NCBI GenBank assembly: GCA_951406725.2
Contig: OX597815.1
Coordinates: 18,848,001 to 18,912,000 of the forward strand
Reading direction: 5' to 3'
DNA: 64,000 bases
Origin: Octopus vulgaris
Taxonomy: Eukaryota
This document shows positions 54,489 through 64,000 of this stretch, one piece after another. Every line of letters starts with the position of its first letter. Positions within the stretch are counted from its first letter, which is position 1. The notes beneath the pieces are model-generated. The model saw nothing but the letters and a program-made list of their open reading frames with translations, did not search any database and was not told the origin of the DNA. Both the position numbers and the translations under genes were made by a program.

Positions 54489-55020
54489 TCTCTCTCTATA
54501 TAAACGGCAGTTTGTCTGTGTGTCTGTCAGGTTGTCTGTGTGTCTGTCAGGTTGTACCCTCACCCTGACCACGGCTTTCAACCGATTCTGATGAAACTTG
54601 ACACAAACATAACCCAATGTCACAATTCAAAACTAACGCAGCGAAAATTTTGATAAGTTCCCCCAGTTCTGAAAAAAATTGATAAATTCGACGTAGGGTT
54701 GAGAATCTAAGCTTTTTATTTGCAACACATTTTCTGTTGTAGTTTTCGCAACTTGCAATCGATTTTCACCAAACTCATGGTGAAGCTTAATGTTACCCTA
54801 AGAAACTTAATTCTGACGTTAGTTTTCCATGCAATACCTTACCATCAGAAAAAATCGATAAAATCATGCCATTTTGGGAAATCGCGTTCAAATTCAAGAT
54901 GACATATTTTCGACAATATCTTTCATAAATTGGCAGGATTTTTTTTTAAAATTCACAGCAAGCGTCATGTCTGCTCCATGGGCTCTTACATACCCGGGCA
55001 ATGCCGGGCTATGCTGCTAG
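54489..55020 (+). mobile_element. Non-autonomous Helitron (copy H4)
   Basis: A|TCTCTCTCTATATAAACGGCAG start shared with H3; distinct 3' end CCCGGGCAATGCCGGGCTATGCTGCTAG|T. Confidence 0.88.
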
Positions 55021-55039
55021 TCAAGACATAAAACTACAA

Positions 55040-55840
55040 ACTGCTCTGAAATATGTCTGTATCTTTTACTTGATTCCGTCATTAGACTGGTAAGGACATA
55101 CTGAGGCACTGCCTTGAAGAATTTTTTAGTCTACTACTCATTATACCGGTTTCATTTTCGGAATTACTTAGTTACTGAAACGTTGACAGACCAGCACAGT
55201 TTCTTATGCTGTAATGGGGGCAAAAACACACACATAAACAAACACACACACAGGTTTGTTTTTCAGTTCCCATGAAATAAATCTACGGATCTTATAGGTT
55301 TGAACGGCAGTTTTTAACATAATTTCCAGGTAACTAAAAACTTTTAAACTTCGTATACTGGTAGAATGTGTTTATAAAACATCTTTTTCTCTTGAGAAAA
55401 TTCTATAGTTTGTAAGATATTTGTTGTTGTTTTTTCTTCAATTTCTGCAATTTCAACCGATCAATGACGTGTATTGAGGTAAAATCATTCTGTGCCGTAT
55501 GAATATGTCCCTCGTTTAAGAAACAGATTGGGTTTATTTACATTTCTGAAGAAAAAAAGATACCCTTCCCTCCACCCCTAACCCTAACTAACCCTAACTA
55601 AAACAGATTGAAATGCAATAGATCGATACTATGGTCATAATTATGGGTGACAATTTCATATGACACCGCTAGAAAAAACTGCCGTTCAAACCGAAAAGAT
55701 CCAAATCTACTCACAAGAGTCTATTCGACCCGAGACTATAGTAGAAACCACTTGCCCCAAAGTGCCCCGCAGTACGACTGAACTCGGAATCACGTCGCTG
55801 GGAAAGAAACTTCTTATGACACAGCCAGGCTTGCGCCTAT
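55040..55840 (-). mobile_element. Old SINE family A copy interrupted by a MITE
   Basis: Family A sequence resumes on both sides of the 55287-55702 insert. Confidence 0.7.
55287..55702. mobile_element. MITE with TIRs of about 28 bp, 8-bp TSD and internal telomeric-type repeats (Merlin- or MULE-like)
   Basis: GGATCTTATAGGTTTGAACGGCAGTTTTT and AAAAACTGCCGTTCAAACCGAAAAGATCC; TSD AAATCTAC at 55279-55286 and 55703-55710. Confidence 0.9.
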
Positions 55841-56091
55841 ATCTTTATATAATATTGTCAAATGCTTGTTGCTGCAGGCCTAACTGGATTTTTCACTTTG
55901 ACGTTGACACGACCCAGTCTGAACATTTACAGATTAATAGCTGCATGAATAAAGTAAGGGAGCAGGGAACCAAGTTTTTGGTCAGAATACTAAAGGGAGA
56001 GAAGAAACAGATGGTGGCGTAAGCCTGAGTAATGAATTAGCTCAAACACTCTATCATCTTCGTAACCTTGTTTTACACATACATAAACACA

Positions 56092-56122
<31 letters not shown>

Positions 56123-56262
56123 CACGAATGCACATACACTCACACACATATACACACAAAATTTGTTCCGTAGTAGCCATAAGGTGCTCGATTCTATCCC
56201 AGGGTCTGCTATCTTGAACAGATATATTTTAGCTCAGTTCGAGTGCATGAAATTCAGTATAT

Positions 56263-56855
56263 ATTTCTTTACTGCCCACAAGGGGCTAAACATAGAGGGG
56301 ACAAACAAGGACAGACAAACGGATTAAGTCGATTGCATCGACCCCAGTGCGAAACTGGTACTTTATTTATCGACCCCGAAAGGATGAAAGGCAAAGTCGA
56401 CCCCGGCGGAATTTGAACTAAGAACGTAACGACAGACGAAATACCTATTTCTTTACTACCCACAAGGGGCTAAACACAGAGAAGACAAAGAAGGACAGAC
56501 AAACGGATTAAGTCGATTGCATCGACCCCAGTGCGTAACTGGTACTTAATTTATCGACTCCGGAGGGATGAAGGGCAAAGTCGACCTCGGCGGTATTTAA
56601 ACTCAGAACGTAACGACAGGCGAAATACCTATTTCTTTACTACCCACAAGGGGCTAAACACAGAGAGGACAAACAAATTGATTAAGTCGATCACATCGAC
56701 CCCAGGGCGAAACTGGTACTTTATTTATCGACCCCGAAAGGATGAAAGGCAAAGTCAAAAATCGGCGGAATTTGAACTCAGAACGTAACAGCAGACGAAA
56801 TACCGCTCGGCATTTCGTCCGGCGCGCTAACGCTTCTGCCATCTCGTCGCCTTCT
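56263..56855 (-). mobile_element. SINE family B trimer
   Basis: Three units and one head; perfect 15-bp TSD TGAAATTCAGTATAT at 56248-56262 and 56856-56870. Confidence 0.94.
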
Positions 56856-57791
56856 TGAAATTCAGTATATGGAAACTTTGAGATCAAGCCTTGACACATC
56901 CCTCAGGCCGAATGTCGAGAAAAATATGAAGTACATATCCGCGTCTTTGAAATATTCAGTCACTTTACGCATTAATTCACTTGATCGAAGAACTTGTTAC
57001 ACATGTAACGTTCTCGAAGAAGACAGATCTCATTACATTTCCAGATGTTAAATCAACACATGCACTTCTTTATCTTCACTTTACCAACAAGCACGAAACA
57101 AGGTTACAGGTGCAATTTTCATAGTTATGGTTCTTACTACTATGTTTATTGATTATTCACGTTTGACAATTCCCATCATTTATGATCTGAGGACACCACT
57201 TGTCGCTGGTGCTTGAGACCTATTATAATTACCAGTCATAGACTTTAAAAAAAAAAAATTACTTTATTGCTCCATTAAACGCTATGTTTAGCACAATCAT
57301 CCCCAAATAAACATAGACTGACACGTCTCCAATATTAATTTTAAAAATACAAAGCCACGTCGACAGCAATATTATACATTTAGATAGGAAATCGTCTAAA
57401 ATAGAAAGGTCATACGGTAGAGACTACACAGATGTAAATTAGTACAAGAAATTCACTTGTGAAGACAACGAGTAAAAGGTAAAGAGGAAAAAACATTAAC
57501 GATGAGAAGTGGTCACATTTATTGGAAAAAAAATAAAAAAGTCAACGGGCAATGTTAGAAACAGACGCAAATGTGTTTAAAATAAAAACAAATAAGCAGG
57601 TTAAAGTAGTGATTTATAATTGATTTCTCTGAGTTCGTATGGAAACGATGGTAAGTGGGTCAAATTGAATTCATAGCTATCGTCATCCATTATAGAAATA
57701 GTGGAACGGTCACATTTCCAAACAGTCTACCAGGCACTGTCTTTTACTGAGGCATAGAAACAGCGTATATATATATATACATACATACATG

Positions 57792-57944
<153 letters not shown>

Positions 57945-58650
57945 TATTTTAAAAATATGATATATATTTATATATTCACATTTATCTGTCGGTTTTCATT
58001 TTAATTATATATCGCGCCTTAGGTTATTCTCTCTGTCTCTCTCTTTCTTGTCTCTCTGTCTCTGCATCTTTCTCTCTCTTTCTCTTATCTGTGCTTCTCT
58101 GTATCTCTCCTCTCCCCTTCCCTCTCTCTCTCTTTCTCCCTCTCTCACTTGCAGATTCAGGTAAAAACTAGTACTACTTGAGAGCTTATTTGTAACAAGA
58201 TACTTGTGTCATAAGAGATGATGTGTTACATGATCCAGATTTTGCACTGTTAGCATGGAACACAAACCGAATGTTCTATGTCTATAAACATGATAAGGTG
58301 TAGACGTGTCTCTTCCAACACAGATATACTCCCTCACACGTGTGCACACAGACATGTATAATATGTATGCACATACATAAAACACACACGTACTTATCGA
58401 AATGCGAATCTTCTCTATCCATCTCCATTTCATAAAGTGTATATACGCACGTATGGGTGAGTTCATACAAATATATTTATATGTACTTACTTAGGTGAAT
58501 ACGTACAAGAAGACACGTGACGTAGTAGTTACAGTTTTGGGGTCACAGCCGTGAGTTCGATTGTTGGACCGTCTAGCACCTAGTTTCTTTAAGGAAGGTC
58601 TTTTATTTTATCTTGCTCATCTACTCAGCTGCAAACAAGTCCCAGTGAGT

Positions 58651-58921
58651 GGAGGCACATGGCCTAGTGGTTAGAGCAGTAGACTGGCGGTCGAGGGATC
58701 ACGGGTTCGAATCTCAGACCGGGCAATGTCTGTGTTTATGAGCAAAACACCTAAGCTCCACGTGGCTCCGGCAGAAGGTAATGGCGAACTTCTGCTGACT
58801 CTTTCGCCACAACTTTCTCTCACTCTTTCCTCCTACATCTAGCAGCTCACCTGCGACGGACCCGCGTCCCATCCAGGTGGGGAACCTATACGCCAAGGAA
58901 ACCGGGAAACCGGCCCTTATG
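58651..58921 (+). mobile_element. SINE family C, tail type 3
   Basis: GGAGGCACATGGCCTAGTGG head, GGGTTCGAATC box B; 13-bp TSD AGTCC(C/T)AGTGA(G/C)T at 58638-58650 and 58922-58934. Confidence 0.88.
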
Positions 58922-59734
58922 AGTCCTAGTGACTATTTTGAAGCACTTTCTTCATCTACATGCGACATCTTGGATGTTCTTCTGGGTCAAGGATGAGAGA
59001 CGCAAGAGGGTCTATATATAATCACAATTTCATAAGCATCTGAAACGACTGGCAAACGCATTGTAATAAAAACAATATCGTACTGCCTTGCTGGAACATT
59101 ACGGAGCAAAATGCTTTGTTAGGAAATAGTTTCTTCAACTGGATGCACGGCGAAAATATAAATGTCAATTAAGAAACTATGAATCTCAATAAATTTGCCA
59201 CCGTACCCACCGAGGTGGTAGTAAAAACAAAACTGAACTCTTTGGGAATTTCTTCCTTTGTGAGTTAATGCACACGCACATAGAAAACAGCACGTCTTCT
59301 TAAAAGGTCAGCAATCTTACCATAAGACAGAAATCTCTATGAAATTGATTCTTGAACCAGACCTTGAGTGTGGAGGAAAAACAGGAAATAAAGCGATAAA
59401 AATGCCAACAATTGCCAATGATGTTATATGGATGTGTTCCAACGCACTGGCGATTAACTCAGCATGTTGCTCTTGTTGCTAATACACGGGATACATAGGA
59501 CACAGAGGATATACACATATACATATACATATCTGGAAGCCTTCATTTTTCTTTTTATTATCATTAGTTGCCTCTCTTGCCTTGTCTTCCTCTCTCTCTC
59601 TTATCGTTATATCCCATATATTCTCTCTTCAGAGGTTCCTAATAATTCAACTTAATCTTTTATATATATATATATATATATACAAATATAGATAGATAGA
59701 TAGATAGATACATGTATATGTATATATATGTATA

Positions 59735-59779
<45 letters not shown>

Positions 59780-59990
59780 ATGTACATACGCAAATACAAA
59801 TATATATACATATATATATATATAAAAATATATATATATATGTGTGTGTGCGTACATATATATATATATTATATGCATGCATGTATATGCATATGCGTAC
59901 ATATAAGTATATATATACATACACAGATGTATATGCATATATACACTTATTATACACACATATATATTACATGTATATGAATATGTATGA

Positions 59991-60026
<36 letters not shown>

Positions 60027-60028
60027 GC

Positions 60029-60079
<51 letters not shown>

Positions 60080-60110
60080 TGTACATATATACATATATAT
60101 ATACATATAC

Positions 60111-62040
<1,930 letters not shown>

Positions 62041-62616
62041 TTTTTAAAAACGTTTGATATCCACGTGCAAAGAATTGTTCGGTTTTCTTTTGAGTGTTTA
62101 TGTATGTGTGAAAATGTGTGTGTGTGTGTGTGATTGTTTGCGTAATTTATTTATCTGTATGGGTGTGGGTGTTTATATATTGGTATATATCGTGTTCTGT
62201 ATGTATGTGTATGTATATGTATGTGTGAGCGGGTATATGTATATTGTTTATGAATTGAGTGTTGTATGTGTGTGTGAGAAAGTATGAATAAGTAATGTGT
62301 TGAGTGTATGAGCATGTGTGTGTATATATAGTTTATTTTTTGTTTTTTGTTTTTTGGTTTTTGTTTTTTGCTTGTTGTTTTTTGGTTTTTGTACATTTTT
62401 AAATATGAGAACTTTTATAATAGGTTTTTATATTCATTTGTTTATAGGGTTTATTTTAGATTATTTTAGATTATATATTGATTATATATAGATTATATAT
62501 AGATTATATATAGATTATATTTTTATTTTTTTATATTCTTTCATTGATAATTTTATTATTTTATTATTTTAAATTATTTTAAATTATATTTTAAAATATT
62601 GATATTTTTAGATCGA

Positions 62617-62670
62617 AAATCCACCTGAAGATTGTCGGTAGCAGACATGAAACATTTGTAGTGGCGGTTT
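62617..62670 (+). ncRNA. Type I hammerhead ribozyme-like motif
   Basis: Stem I CCAC/GTGG, CTGAAGA at 62625-62631, stem II TGTC/GACA, GAAAC-ATTT-GTA cleavage triplet. The base of stem II is a U-U mismatch. Confidence 0.6.
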
Positions 62671-62885
62671 ATTTAATTTATATTAAAATTTTATGTATTG
62701 ATTAAGTCTTTCATTGTTTGGTTTTAAAATAGTGGTTTTGTCTCGAATTATATTATATATATATATATATATATATAAGATTAAGTTGAATTATTAGGAA
62801 CCTCACGGATTACGAAGAGGTAAATCACAACGAAAGCAGCACCAGCAGCTTTTCTCTGTCATCTTTCGGCAGATAAACCAGCTAA

Positions 62886-64000
62886 TATTGGGTTATCCCA
62901 TAAATAATGTTTTTTCTTTTCAATTGTATGGACTAAAAATCGGAGGGAATCAGGAGAAACTACTTGCATCAACTTGCTATAAAAAGAGGTAGTAATTTTA
63001 CATTGTTGCTTATTCTTATTGCAAGCTTTGAAGAGTGCAGTTCGATTTTAACAGGGTTTTGTTTCAAAACTATAATGGAAGTGACAAATGGGCATATTTG
63101 GCATATTTTGCTTTACGAGTACAATAAAGTCAACAACGCAAAGGAAAGTGCGGGTAATATTAATGCAGTATATGAGGATTAGATAATAATCGTAAGCCAG
63201 TGTCAACGATGGTTCCAAAAATTCCGAGCCGGAAACTACAACCTAGAAGACGAGCCTCGTCCTGAATGATCTGCAGAGCTCCGTGAGGATGACTTGTAAA
63301 CCGTTGCGGAACAAAATCTCATAGCAACCGTTGAGGAACTAGCAGAGAAGCTTGGATTTGTTCATTCAGTCATTAATCAACACTTGTATGCCATCGAAAG
63401 AGTCAGCAAACTGGGTCAATGGGTTCCTCACAAACTTTCCGAATCTAATCGTGCACAGGGAACGGATGTGTGCTCCCTTTTGCTATCACGTCTCCCGAAT
63501 GAACCCTTTTTGGACCGAATAGTGATTGGTGACGAGAAATGGGTTCTCTATAAAAATGTCAAGCTCTGGAGACAATGAGTAGGGAAAGGATGATCACTGG
63601 CACTCCAGGCTAAAGGTCATCCACTCCCGTATGTGTTGGATGGGATATGAAAAGTTTAGTCCACTTTCAACTTTTAAACCCAAACCAAACGATAACAAAG
63701 ATCTACCGCGAGCAGCTAGAGCGTCTTAAGTCAACGCCAGAAGAAAAACTACGATCTTTGGTTTTAAGACAAAAGGTGTTTTTCCATCAGAAAGATACCC
63801 GGCCACATACAACGAATATGATATTCCAAAGACAGGTGCAATTTGAGTGGGAAACTATGCCCTACCCACCATATTCGCTCGACATTGCGACAGCTGATTA
63901 TCACTTTTTCTGCAGTCATTTGGACGGAAAAAATTTGAATTTTGTAGACGTGTTGCGAACAGTACTGGAGGTATAGTTTTCGTCACGGACAAGTGAATTT
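62886..64000 (+). mobile_element. Decayed mariner transposon running off the window end
   Basis: TA|TTGGGTTATCCCATAAATAATG TIR, ATG at 63075 (MEVTNGHIWHILLYEY), QRWFQKFRAG, WVPHKL, FLDRIVIGDEKWV, PYPPYSLDIATADYHFF. Confidence 0.92.

Overview
AT-rich, microsatellite-dense eukaryotic DNA made almost entirely of transposon debris. No host protein-coding gene can be supported, and most ORF-track entries are translated simple repeats. The tRNA-derived SINE families resemble those I recall from octopus/cephalopod genomes, so the taxon is an inference. Contents: (1) non-LTR retroelement remnants (Tx1/L1-like, R4/Dong, other RLE-type, RTE, CR1); (2) Tc1/mariner, hAT, a HINE/DINE-1-like element and an 8-bp-TSD MITE carrying telomeric repeats; (3) four non-autonomous Helitrons arranged as two head-to-head pairs; (4) three tRNA-SINE families, one forming head-to-tail multimers. 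The most striking locus is 32170-35195. A Penelope-like GIY-YIG remnant there has an inverted terminal repeat combining a Pol III tRNA-like cassette, a (TAA)n tract and a minimal hammerhead ribozyme, and a young R4/Dong 3' fragment sits in that (TAA)n tract. A second hammerhead-like motif lies in a tandem-repeat block bounded by perfect 28-bp inverted repeats (59632-62804). Everything was read by eye; no database searches or folding programs were run.
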